From assembly GCF_009914755.1 (NCBI RefSeq), contig NC_060934.1: a stretch of DNA of 64,000 nt; one strand, 5' to 3'. Below the pieces are notes generated by a model. That model was not told where the DNA came from. It did not search any database and saw only the letters and a list, made by a program, of their open reading frames with translations. Below, piece by piece: positions 39,901 through 53,667 of the stretch (within the stretch, counting starts at the first letter, position 1; each line of letters begins with the position of its first letter). This DNA comes from the human T2T-CHM13v2.0 reference genome, Homo sapiens. The translations under genes and the position numbers were made by a program.

Positions 39901-42900
39901 CTTCGTGTAAAAACTACACAGAATCATTCTCAGAAACTGCTTTGTCATCTGTGCGTTCAGTTCGCAGAGTTTCACCTTTCTCTTCATAGAGCAGTTTGGA
40001 AAGACTCTGTCTGTAAAGTCTGCAAGTGATTAGTTAGACCCCTTTGAGGCCTTCGTTGGAAGCGGGATTTCTCATTTACTGCTAGACAGAAGAATTCTCA
40101 GTAAATCCTTTGTGTTGTGTGTATTCAACTCACAGAGTGGAACCTTCCTTTATTCAGAGCAGTTTTGAAAAACACTTTTTGTGGAATTTGCAAGTGGAGA
40201 TTTCAAGCGATTTGACGCCAATCTTAGACATGGAAATATCTTCATATTAAAAGTACACAGAGTCATTCGTAGAAACTAGTTTGTGATGTGTGCCTTCAAC
40301 TCACAGAGTTTAACCTTTCTTTTCATAGAGCAGTTTGGAAACACTCTATTTGTAAAGTCTGCAAGCGGATATTTGGACCTCTTTGAGGCCTTCGTTGGAA
40401 ACGGGATTTCTTCATACAACGCTAGACAGAAGAATTCTCAGTAACTTCTTTGTGTTGTGTGTATTCAACTCACAGAGTTGAACCTTTCTTTAGAGAGAGC
40501 AGAGTTGAAACACTCTGTTTTTGGAATTTGCAAGTGCAGATTTCAAGCGATTCTAGGCCTATGGCAGAAAAGGAAATATCTTCGTATAAAAACTACACAG
40601 AATCATTCTCAACAACTACTTTGTGATGTGTGCGTTCAACTCACAGAGTTTAACCTTTCTTTTCATAGAGCAGTTTGGAAACACTCTGTTTGTAAAGCCT
40701 GCAAGTGCTTTTTTGGACTTCATTGAGGCCTTCGTTGGAAACGGGATTTCTTCATATAATGCTAGACAGAAGAATTCTCAGTCACTTCTTTGTGTTGTGT
40801 GTATTCAAGTCACAGAGTTGAACCTTCCTTTAGACAGAGCAGTTTTGAAAAATTCTTTCTGTGTAATTTGCAAGTGGAGATTTCAAGCGATTTGAGGCTA
40901 ATCTTTGAAATGGAAATATCTTCGTGTAAAAACTACACAGAATCATTCTCAGAAACTGCTTTGTCATCTGTGCGTTCAGTTCACAGAGTTTCACCTTTCT
41001 CTTCATAGAGCAGTTTGGAAAGACTCTGTCTGTAAAGTCTGCAAGTGATTAGTTAGAACCCTTTGAGGCCTTCGTTGGAAGCGGGATTTCTCATTTACTG
41101 CTAGACAGAAGAATACTCAGTAAATCCTTTGTGTTGTGTGTATTCAACTCACAGAGTGGAACCTTCCTTTATTCAGAGCAGTTTTGAAACACTCTTTTTG
41201 TGGAATTTGCAAGTGGAGATTTCAAGCGATTTGACGCCAATCTTAGACATGGAAATATCTTCATATTAAAAGTACACAGAGTCATTCGTAGAAACTAGTT
41301 TGTGATGTGTGCCTTCAACTCACAGAGTTTAACCTTTCTTTTCATAGAGCAGTTGGGAAACACTCTATTTGTAAAGTCTGCAAGTGGATATTTGGACCTC
41401 TTTGAGGCCTTCGTTGGAAACGGGATTTCTTCATATAACGCTAGACAGAAGAATTCTCAGTAACTTCTTTGTGTTGTGTGTATTCAACTCACAGTGTTGA
41501 ACATTTCTTTAGAGGGAGCAGAGGTGAAACAGTCTTTTTGTGGAATTTGCTAGTGTAGATTTCAAACGCTTCGAAGTCAGTGATAGAAAAGGATATATCT
41601 TCGTATTAAAAGTAGACAAAATCATTCTCAGAAAACTCTTTGTGATGTGTGTGTTCAACTCACAGAGTTTAACCTTTCTTTAATCGAGCAGTTTGGAAAT
41701 ACACTCTTTGTAAGTCTGCAGGTGGATATTTGGCCCTCTTTGAGCCCTTCTTTGGAAACGGGATTTCCTCTTATAATGCTAGACAGAAGAATTCTCAGTA
41801 ACTTCTCTGTGTCGTTTGTATTCAACACACAGATTTGAACCTTCCTTTAGAGAGAGCAGATTTGAAACACTCTGTTTTTGGAATTTGCAAGTGCAGATTT
41901 CAAGCACTTCTAGGCCTATGGCAGAAAAGGAAATATCTTCGTATAAAAACTACACAGAATCATTCTCAACAACTACTTTGTGATGTGTGCGTTCAACTCA
42001 CAGAGTTTAACCTTTCTTTTCATAGAGCAGTTTGGAAACACTCTGTTTGTAAAGCCTGCAAGTGCTTTTTTGGACTTCATTGAGGCCTTCGTTGGAAACG
42101 GGATTTCTTCATACAACGCTAGACAGAAGAATTCCCAGTAACTTCTTTGTGTTGTGTGTATTCAACTCACAGAGTTGAACCTTTCTTTAGAGGGAGCAGA
42201 GGTGAAACACTCTTTTTGTGGAATTTGCTAGTGTAGATTTCAAACGCTTCGAAGACAGTGATAGAAAAGGATATATCTTCGTATTAAAAGTAGACAAAAT
42301 CATTCTCAGAAAACTCTTTGTGATGTGTGTGTTCAACTCACAGAGTTTAACCTTTCTTTAATCGAGCAGTTTGGAAATACACTCTTTGTAAGTCTGCAGG
42401 TGGATATTTGGCCCTCTTTGAGCCCTTCGTTGGAAACGGGATTTCCTCATATAATGCTAGACAGAAGAATTCTCAGTAACTTCTTTGTGTTGTTTGTATT
42501 CAACACACAGATTTGAACCTTCCTTTAGAGAGAGCAGATTTGAAACACTCTGTTTTTGGAATTTGCAAGTGCAGATTTCAAGCGCTTCTAGGCCTGTGGC
42601 AGAAAAGGAAATATCTTCGTATAAAAACTACACAGAATCATTCTCAACAACTACTTTGTGATGAGTGCGTTCAACTCACAGAGGTTAACCTTTCTTTTCA
42701 GAGAGCAGTTTGGAAACACTCTGTTTGTAAAGCCTGCAAGTGCTTTTTTGGACTTCATTGAGGCCTTCGTTGGAAACGGGATTTCTTCATACAACGCTAG
42801 ACAGAAGAATTCTCAGTAACTTCTTTGTGTTGTGTGTATTCAACTCACAGAGTTGAACCTTTCTTTAGAGAGAGCAGAGTTGAAACACTCTGTTTTTGGA

Positions 42901-45900
42901 ATTTGCAAGTGCAGATTTCAAGCGATTCTAGGCCTATGGCAGAAAAGGAAATATCTTGGTATAAAAACTACACAGAATCATTCTCAACAACTACTTTGTG
43001 ATGTGTGCGTTCAACTCACAGAGTTTAACCTTTCTTTTCATAGAGCAGTTTGGAAACACTCTGTTTGTAAAGCCTGCAAGTGCTTTTTTGGACTTCATTG
43101 AGGCCTTCGTTGGAAACGGGATTTCTTCATATAATGCTAGACAGAAGAATTCTCAGTCACTTCTTTGTGTTGTGTGTATTCAAGTCACAGAGTTGAACCT
43201 TCCTTTAGACAGAGCAGTTTTGAAAAATTCTTTCTGTGGAGTTTGCAAGTGGAGATTTCAAGCGATTTGAGGCTAATCTTTGAAATGGAAATATCTTCGT
43301 GTAAAAACTACACAGAATCATTCTCAGAAACTGCTTTGTCATCTGTGCGTTCAGTTCACAGAGTTTCACCTTTCTCTTCATAGAGCAGTTTGGAAAGACT
43401 CTGTCTGTAAAGTCTGCAAGTGACTAGATAGACCCCTTTGAGGCCTTCGTTGGAAGCGGGATTTCTCATTTACTGCTAGACAGAAGAATTCTCAGTAAAT
43501 CCTTTGTGTTGTGTGTATTCAACTCACAGAGTGGAACCTTCCTTTATTCAGAGCAATTTTGAAAAACACTTTTTGTGGAATTTGCAAGTGGAGATTTCAA
43601 GCGATTTGACGCCAATCTTAGACATGGAAATATCTTCATATTAAAAGTACACAGAGTCATTCGTAGAAACTAGTTTGTGATGTGTGCCTTCAACTCACAG
43701 AGTTTAACCTTTCTTTTCATACAGCAGTTTGGAAACACTCTATTTGTAAAGTCTGCAAGCGGATATTTGGACCTCTTTGAGGCCTTTGTTGGAAACGGGA
43801 TTTCTTCATACAACGCTAGACAGAAGAATTCTCAGTAACTTCTTTGTGTTGTGTGTATTCAACTCACAGAGTTGAACCTTTCTTTAGAGAGAGCAGAGTT
43901 GAAACACTCTGTTTTTGGAATTTGCAAGTGCAGATTTCAAGCGATTCTAGGCCTATGGCAGAAAAGGAAATATCTTCGTATAAAAACTACACAGAATCAT
44001 TCTCAACAACTACTTTGTGATGTGTGCGTTCAACTCACAGAGTTTAACCTTTCTTTTCATAGAGCAGTTTGGAAACACTCTGTTTGTAAAGCCTGCAAGT
44101 GCTTTTTTGGACTTCATTGAGGCCTTCGTTGGAAACGGGATTTCTTCATATAATGCTAGACAGAAGAATTCTCAGTCACTTCTTTGTGTTGTGTGTATTC
44201 AAGTCACAGAGTTGAACCTTCCTTTAGACAGAGCAGTTTTGAAAAATTCTTTCTGTGTAATTTGCAAGTGGAGATTTCAAGCGATTTGAGGCTAATCTTT
44301 GAAATGGAAATATCTTCGTGTAAAAACTACACAGAATCATTCTCAGAAACTGCTTTGTCATCTGTGCGTTCAGTTCACAGAGTTTCACCTTTCTCTTCAT
44401 AGAGCAGTTTGGAAAGACTCTGTCTGTAAAGTCTGCAAGTGATTAGTTAGAACCCTTTGAGGCCTTCGTTGGAAGCGGGATTTCTCATTTACTGCTAGAC
44501 AGAAGAATTCTCAGTAAATCCTTTGTGTTGTGTGTATTCAACTCACAGAGTGGAACCTTCCATTATTCAGAGCAGTTTTGAAACACTCTTTTTGTGGAAT
44601 TTGCAAGTGGAGATTTCAAGCGATTTGACGCCAATCTTAGACATGGAAATATCTTCATATTAAAAGTACACAGAGTCATTCGTAGAAACTAGTTTGTGAT
44701 GTGTGCCTTCAACTCACAGAGTTTAACCTTTCTTTTCATAGAGCAGTTGGGAAACACTCTATTTGTAAAGTCTGCAAGTGGATATTTGGACCTCTTTGAG
44801 GCCTTCGTTGGAAACGGGATTTCTTCATATAACGCTAGACAGAAGAATTCTCAGTAACTTCTTTGTGTTGTGTGTATTCAACTCACAGAGTTGAACATTT
44901 CTTTAGAGGGAACAGAGGTGAAACAGTCTTTTTGTGGAATTTGCTAGTGTAGATTTCAAACGCTTCGAAGTCAGTGATAGAAAAGGATATATCTTCGTAT
45001 TAAAAGTAGACAAAATCATTCTCAGAAAACTCTTTGTGATGTGTGTGTTCAACTCACAGAGTTTAACCTTTCTTTAATCGAGCAGTTTGGAAATACACTC
45101 TTTGTAAGTCTGCAGGTGGATATTTGGCCCTCTTTGAGCCCTTCTTTGGAAACGGGATTTCCTCTTATAATGCTAGACAGAAGAATTCTCAGTAACTTCT
45201 CTGTGTCGTTTGTATTCAACACACAGATTTGAACCTTCCTTTAGAGAGAGCAGATTTGAAACACTCTGTTTTTGGAATTTGCAAGTGCAGATTTCAAGCA
45301 CTTCTAGGCCTATGGCAGAAAAGGAAATATCTTCGTATAAAAACTACACAGAATCATTCTCAACAACTACTTTGTGATGTGTGCGTTCAACTCACAGAGT
45401 TTAACCTTTCTTTTCATAGAGCAGTTTGGAAACACTCTGTTTGTAAAGCCTGCAAGTGCTTTTTTGGACTTCATTGAGGCCTTCGTTGGAAACGGGATTT
45501 CTTCATACAACGCTAGACAGAAGAATTCTCAGTAACTTCTTTGTGTTGTGTGTATTCAACTCACAGAGTTGAACCTTTCTTTAGAGGGAGCAGAGGTGAA
45601 ACACTCTTTTTGTGGAATTTGCTAGTGTAGATTTCAAACGCTTCGAAGACAGTGATAGAAAAGGATATATCTCCGTATTAAAAGTAGACAAAATCATTCT
45701 CAGAAAACTCTTTGTGATGTGTGTGTTCAACTCACAGAGTTTAACCTTTCTTTAATCGAGCAGTTTGGAAATACACTCTTTGTAAGTCTGCAGGTGGATA
45801 TTTGGCCCTCTTTGAGCCCTTCTTTGGAAACGGGATTTCCTCTTATAATGCTAGACAGAAGAATTCTCAGTAACTTCTTTGTGTTGTTTGTATTCAACAC

Positions 45901-47898
45901 ACAGATTTGAACCTTCCTTTAGAGAGAGCAGATTTGAAACACTCTGTTTTTGGAATTTGCAAGTGCAGATTTCAAGCACTTCTAGGCCTATGGCAGAAAA
46001 GGAAATATCTTCGTATAAAAACTACACAGAATCATTCTCAACAACTACTTTGTGATGTGTGCGTTCAACTCACAGAGTTTAACCTTTCTTTTCATAGAGC
46101 AGTTTGGAAACACTCTGTTTGTAAAGCCTGCAAGTGCTTTTTTGGACTTCATTGAGGCCTTCGTTGGAAACGGGATTTCTTCATATAATGCTAGACAGAA
46201 GAATTCTCAGTCACTTCTTTGTGTTGTGTGTATTCAAGTCACAGAGTTGAACCTTCCTTTAGACAGAGCAGTTTTGAAAAATTCTCTCTGTGGAGTTTGC
46301 AAGTGGAGATTTCAAGCGATTTGAGGCTAATCTTTGAAATGGAAATATCTTCGTGTAAAAACTACACAGAATCATTCTCAGAAACTGCTTTGTCATCTGT
46401 GCGTTCAGTTCACAGAGTTTCACCTTTCTCTTCATAGAGCAGTTTGGAAAGACTCTGTCTGTAAAGTCTGCAAGTGATTAGTTAGACCCCTTTGAGGCCT
46501 TCGTTGGAAGCGGGATTTCTCATTTACTGCTAGACAGAAGAATTCTCAGTAAATCCTTTGTGTTGTGTGTATTCAACTCACAGAGTGGAACCTTCCTTTA
46601 TTCAGAGCAGTTTTGAAAAACACTTTTTGTGGAATTTGCAAGTGGAGATTTCAAGCGATTTGACGCCAATCTTAGACATGGAAATATCTTCATATTAAAA
46701 GTACACAGAGTCATTCGTAGAAACTAGTTTGTGATGTGTGCCTTCAACTCACAGAGTTTAACCTTTCTTTTCATAGAGCAGTTTGGAAACACTCTATTTG
46801 TAAAGTCTGCAAGCGGATATTTGGACCTCTTTGAGGCCTTCGTTGGAAACGGGATTTCTTCATACAACGCTAGACAGAAGAATTCTCAGTAACTTCTTTG
46901 TGTTGTGTGTATTCAACTCACAGAGTTGAACCTTTCTTTAGAGAGAGCAGAGTTGAAACACTCTGTTTTTGGAATTTGCAAGTGCAGATTTCAAGCGATT
47001 CTAGGCCTATGGCAGAAAAGGAAATATCTTCGTATAAAAACTACACAGAATCATTCTCAACAACTACTTTGTGATGTGTGCGTTCAACTCACAGAGCTTA
47101 ACCTTTCTTTTCATAGAGCAGTTTGGAAACACTCTGTTTGTAAAGCCTGCAAGTGCTTTTTTGGACTTCATTGAGGCCTTCGTTGGAAACGGGATTTCTT
47201 CATATAATGCTAGACAGAAGAATTCTCAGTCACTTCTTTGTGTTGTGTGTATTCAAGTCACAGAGTTGAACCTTCCTTTAGACAGAGCAGTTTTGAAAAA
47301 TTCTTTCTGTGTAATTTGCAAGTGGAGATTTCAAGCGATTTGAGGCTAATCTTTGAAATGGAAATATCTTCGTGTAAAAACTACACAGAATCATTCTCAG
47401 AAACTGCTTTGTCATCTGTGCGTTCAGTTCACAGAGTTTCACCTTTCTCTTCATAGAGCAGTTTGGAAAGACTCTGTCTGTAAAGTCTGCAAGTGATTAG
47501 TTAGACCCCTTTGAGGCCTTCGTTGGAAGCGGGATTTCTCATTTACTGCTAGACAGAAGAATTCTCAGTAAATCCTTTGTGTTGTGTGTATTCAACTCAC
47601 AGAGTGGAACCTTCCTTTATTCAGAGCAGTTTTGAAACACTCTTTTTGTGGAATTTGCAAGTGGAGATTTCAAGCGATTTGACGCCAATCTTAGACATGG
47701 AAATATCTTCATATTAAAAGTACACAGAGTCATTCGTAGAAACTAGTTTGTGATGTGTGCCTTCAACTCACAGAGTTTAACCTTTCTTTTCATAGAGCAG
47801 TTGGGAAACACTCTATTTGTAAAGTCTGCAAGTGGATATTTGGACCTCTTTGAGGGCTTCGTTGGAAACGGGATTTCTTCATATAACGCTAGACAGAA
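33987..47898 (+). repeat. Family of ~20-mer units (D-A-D-A-A-B-C-A-B-C) with indel variants of about 3393, 4071, 3394 and 3054 bp
   Basis: Marked D ORFs (…GFPLIMLDRRILSNFSVSF…) at 34183, 37576, 41647 and 45041; the next unit's D ORF is at 48095. Shared variants include GAAGTCAG, CTCTGTGTCG and AAGCACTT. Confidence 0.85.
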
Positions 47899-50800
47899 GA
47901 ATTCTCAGTAACTTCTTTGTGTTGTGTGTATTCAACTCACAGAGTTGAACCTTTCTTTAGAGGGAGCAGAGGTGAAACATTCTTTTTGTGGAATTTGCTA
48001 GTGTAGATTTCAAACGCTTCGAAGACAGTGACAGAAAAGGATATATCTTCGTATTAAAAGTAGACAAAATCATTCTCAGAAAACTCTTTGTGATGTGTGT
48101 GTTCAACTCACAGAGTTTAACCTTTCTTTAATAGAGCAGTTTGGAAATACACTCTTTGTAAGTCTGCAGGTGGATATTTGGCCCTCTTTGAGCCCTTCGT
48201 TGGAAACGGGATTTCCTCATATAATGCTAGACAGAAGAATTCTCAGTAACTTCTTTGTGTTGTTTGTATTCAACACACAGATTTGAACCTTCCTTTAGAG
48301 AGAGCAGATTTGAAACACTCTGTTTTTGGAATTTGCAAGTGCAGATTTCAAGCGCTTGTAGGCCTATGGCAGAAAAGGAAATATCTTCGTATAAAAACTA
48401 CACAGAATCATTCTCAACAACTACTTTGTGATGTGTGCGTTCAACTCACAGAGTTTAACCTTTCTTTTCATAGAGCAGTTTGGAAACACTCTGTTTGTAA
48501 AGCCTGCAAGTGCTTTTTTGGACTTCATTGAGGCCTTCGTTGGAAACGGGATTTCTTCATACAACGCTAGACAGAAGAATTCTCAGTAACTTCTTTGTGT
48601 TGTGTGTATTCAACTCACTGAGTTGAACCTTTCTTTAGAGAGAACAGAGTTGAAACACTCTGTTTTTGGAATTTGCAAGTGCAGATTTCAAGCGATTCTA
48701 GGCCTATGGCAGAAAAGGAAATATCTTCGTATAAAAACTACACAGAATCATTCTCAACAACTACTTTGTGATGTGTGCGTTCAACTCACAGAGTTTAACC
48801 TTTCTTTTCATAGAGCAGTTTGGAAACTCTCTGTTTGTAAAGCCTGCAAGTGCTTTTTTGGACTTCATTGAGGCCTTCGTTGGAAACGGGATTTCTTCAT
48901 ACAACGCTAGACAGAAGAATTCTCAGTAACTTCTTTGTGTTGTGTGTGTTCAACTCACAGAGTTTAACCTTTCTTTAGAGAGAGCAGAGTTGAAACACTC
49001 TTTTTGTGGAATTTGCTAGTGCAGATTTCAAACGCTTCGAAGACAGTGATAGAAAAGGATATATCTTCGTATTAAAACTAGACAAAATCATTCTCAGAAA
49101 ACACTTTGTGATGTGTGTGTTCAACTCACAGAGTTTAACCTTTCTTTAATCGAGCAGTTTGGAAATACAATCTTTGTAAGTCTGCAGGTGGATAATTGGC
49201 CCTCTTTGAGCCCTTCATTGGAAACGGGATTTCCTCATATAATGCTAGACAGAAGAATTCTCAGTCACTTCTTTGTGTTGTGTGTATTCAAGTCACAGAG
49301 TTGAACCTTCTTTTAGACAGAGCAGTTTTGAAAAATTCTTTCTGTGGAATTTGCAAGTGGAGATTTCCAGCGATTTGAGGCTAATCTTTGAAATGGAAAT
49401 ATCTTCGTGTAAAAACTACACAGAATCATTCTCAGAAACTGCTTTGTCATCTGTGCGTTCAGTTCACAGAGTTTCACCTTTCTCTTCATAGAGCAGTTTG
49501 GAAAGACTCTGTCTGTAAAGTCTGCAAGTGATTAGTTAGACCCCTTTGAGGCGTTCGTTGGAAGTGGGATTTCTCATTTACTGCTAGACAGAAGAATTCT
49601 CAGTAAATCCTTTGTGTTGTGTGTATTCAACTCACAGAGTGGAACCTTCCTTTATTCAGAGCAGTTTTGAAAAACACTTTTTGTGGAATTTGCAAGTGGA
49701 GATTTCAAGCGATTTGACGCCAATCTTAGACATGGAAATATCTTCATATTAAAAGTACACAGAGTCATTCGTAGAAACTAGTTTGTGATGTGTGCCTTCA
49801 ACTCACAGAGTTTAACCTTTCTTTTCATAGAGCAGTTTGGAAACACTCTATTTGTAAAGTCTGCAAGTGGATATTTGGACCTCTTTGAGGCCTTCGTTGG
49901 AAACGGGATTTCTTCATACAACGCTAGACAGAAGAATTCTCCGTAACTTCTTTGTGTTGTGTGTATTCAACTCACAGAGTTGAACCTTTCTTTAGAGAGA
50001 GCAGAGTTGAAACACTCTGTTTTTGGAATTTGCAAGTGCAGATTTCAAGCGATTCTAGGCCTATGGCAGAAAAGGAAATATCTTCGTATAAAAACTACAC
50101 AGAATCATTCTCAACAACTACTTTGTGATGTGTGCGTTCAACTCACAGAGTTTAACCTTTCTTTTCATAGAGCAGTTTGGAAACACTCTGTTTGTAAAGC
50201 CTGCAAGTGCTTTTTTGGACTTCATTGAGGCCTTCGTTGGAAACGGGATTTCTTCATATAATGCTAGACAGAAGAATTCTCAGTCACTTCTTTGTGTTGT
50301 GTGTATTCAAGTCACAGAGTTGAAACTTCCTTTAGACAGGGCAGTTTTGAAAAATTCTTTCTGTGTAATTTGCAAGTGGAGATTTCAAGCGATTTGAGGC
50401 TAATCTTTGAGATGGAAATATCTTCGTGTAAAAACTACACAGAATCATTCTCAGAAACTGCTTTGTCATCTGTGCGTTCAGTTCACAGAGTTTCACCTTT
50501 CTCTTCATAGAGCAGTTTGGAAAGAATCTGTCTGTAAAGTCTGCAAGTGATTAGTTAGACCCCTTTGAGGCCTTCGTTGGAAGCGGGATTTCTCATTTAC
50601 TGCTAGACAGAAGAATTCTCAGTAAATCCTTTGTGTTGTGTGTATTCAACTCACAGAGTGGAACCTTCCTTTATTCAGAGTAGTTTTGAAACACTCTTTT
50701 TGTGGAATTTGCAAGTGGAGATTTCAAGCGATTTGACGCCAATCTTAGACATGGAAATATCTTCATATTAGAAGTACACAGAGTCATTCGTAGAAACTTG

Positions 50801-53667
50801 TTTGTGATGTGTGCCTTCAACTCACAGAGTTTAACCTTTCTTTTCATAGAGCAGTTGGGAAACACTCTATTTGTAAAGTCTGCAAGTGGATATTTGGACC
50901 TCTTTGAGGCCTTCGTTGGAAACGGGATTTCTTCATATAACGCTAGAGAGAAGAATTCTCAGTAACTTCTTTGTGTTGTGTGTATTCAACTCACAGAGTT
51001 GAACCTTTCTTTAGAGGGAGCAGAGGTGAAACACTCTTTTTGTGGAATTTGCTAGTGCAGATTTCAAACGCTTCGAAGACAGTGATAGAAAAGGATATAT
51101 CATCGTATTAAAAGTAGACAAAATCATTCTCAGAAAACTCTTTGTGATGTGTGTGTTCAACTCACAGAGTTAAACCTTTCTTTAATCGAGCAGTTTGGAA
51201 ATACACTCTTTGTAAGTCTGCAGGTGGATATTTGGCCCTCTTTGAGCCCTTCTTTGGAAACGGGATTTCCTCTTATAATGCTAGACAGAAGAATTCTCAG
51301 TAACTTCTCTGTGTTGTTTGTATTCAACACACAGATTTGAACCTTCCTTTAGGGAGAGCAGATTTGAAACACTCTGTTTTTGGAATTTGCAAGTGCAGAT
51401 TTCAAGCACTTCTAGGCCTATGGCAGAAAAGGAAATATCTTCGTATAAAAACTACACAGAATCATTCTCAACAACTACTTTGTGATGTGTGCGTTCAACT
51501 CACAGAGTTTAACCTTTCTTTTCATAGAGCAGTTTGGAAACACTCTGTTTGTAAAGCCTGCAAGTGCTTTTTTGGACTTCATTGAGGCCTTCGTTGGAAA
51601 CGGGATTTCTTCATACAACGCTAGACAGAAGAATTCTCAGTAACTTTTTGTGTTGTGTGTATTCAACTCACAGAGTTGAACCTTTCTTTAGAGAGAGCAG
51701 AGTTGAAACACTCTGTTTTTGGAATTTGCAAGTGCAGATTTCAAGCGCTTCTAGGCCTATGGCAGAAAAGGAAATATCTTCGTATAAAAACTACACAGAA
51801 TCATTCTCAACAACTACTTTGTGATGTGTGCGTTCATCTCACAGAGTTTAACCTTTCTTTTCATAGAGCAGTTTGGAAACACTCTGTTTGTAAAGCCTGC
51901 AAGTGCTTTTTTGGACTTCATTGAGGCCTTCGTTGGAAACGGGATTTCTTCATATAATGCTAGACGGAAGAATTCTCAGTCACTTCTTTGTGTTGTGTGT
52001 ATTCAAGTCACAGAGTTGAACCTTCCTTTAGACAGAGCAGTTTTGAAAAATTCTTTCTGTGGAGTTTGCAAGTGGAGATTTCAAGCGATTTGAGGCTAAT
52101 CTTTGAAATGGAAATATCTTCGTGTAAAAACTACACAGAATCATTCTCAGAAACTGCTTTGTCATCTGTGCGTTCAGTTCACAGAGTTTCACCTTTCTCT
52201 TCATAGAGCAGTTTGGAAAGACTCTGTCTGTAAAGTCTGCAAGTGATTAGTTAGACCCCTTTGAGGCCTTCGTTGGAAGCGGGATTTCTCATTTACTGCT
52301 AGACAGAAGAATTCTCAGTAAATCCTTTGTGTTGTGTGTATTCAACTCACAGAGTGGAACCTTCCTTTATTCAGAGCAGTTTTGAAAAACACTTTTTGTG
52401 GAATTTGCAAGTGGAGATTTCAAGCGATTTGACGCCAATCTAAGACATGGAAATATCTTCATATTAAAAGTACACAGAGTCATTCGTAGAAACTAGTTTG
52501 TGATGTGTGCCTTCAACTCACAGAGTTTAACCTTTCTTTTCATAGAGCAGTTTGGAAACACTCTATTTGTAAAGTCTGCAAGTGGATATTTGGACCTCTT
52601 TGAGGCCTTCGTTGGAAACGGGATTTCTTCATACAACGCTAGACAGAAGAATTCTCAGTAACTTCTTTGTGTTGTGTGTATTCAACTCACAGAGTTGAAC
52701 CTTTCTTTAGAGAGAGCAGAGTTGAAACACTCTGTTTTTGGAATTTGCAAGTGCAGATTTCAAGCGATTCTAGGCCTATGGCAGAAAAGGAAATATCTTC
52801 GTATAAAAACTACACAGAATCATTCTCAACAACTACTTTGTGATGTGTGCGTTCAACTCACAGAGTTTAACCTTTCTTTTCATAGAGCAGTTTGGAAACA
52901 CTCTGTTTGTAAAGCCTGCAAGTGCTTTTTTGGACTTCATTGAGGCCTTCGTTGGAAATGGGATTTCTTCATATAATGCTAGACAGAAGAATTCTCAGTC
53001 ACTTCTTTGTGTTTTGTGTATTCAAGTCACAGAGTTGAACCTTCCTTTAGACAGAGCAGTTTTGAAAAATTCTTTCTGTGTAATTTGCAAGTGGAGATTT
53101 CAAGCGATTTGAGGCTAATCTTTGAAATGGAAATATCTTCGTGTAAAAACTACACAGAATCATTCTCAGAAACTGCTTTGTCATCTGTGCGTTCAGTTTA
53201 CAGAGTTTCACCTTTCTCTTCATAGAGCAGTTTGGAAAGACTCTGTCTGTAAAGTCTGCAAGTGATTAGTTAGACCCCTTTGAGGCCTTCGTTGGAAGCG
53301 GGATTTCTCATTTACTGCTAGACAGAAGAATTCTCAGTAAATCCTTTGTGTTGTGTGTATTCAACTCACAGAGTGGAACCTTCCTTTATTCAGAGCAGTT
53401 TTGAAACACTCTTTTTGTGGAATTTGCAAGTGGAGATTTCAAGCGATTTGACGCCAATCTTAGACATGGAAATATCTTCATATTAAAAGTACACAGAGTC
53501 ATTCGTAGAAACTAGTTTGTGATGTGTGCCTTCAACTCACAGAGTTTAACCTTTCTTTTCATAGAGCAGTTGGGAAACACTCTATTTGTAAAGTCTGCAA
53601 GTGGATATTTGGACCTCTTTGAGGCCTTCGTTGGAAACGGGATTTCTTCATATAACGCTAGACAGAA

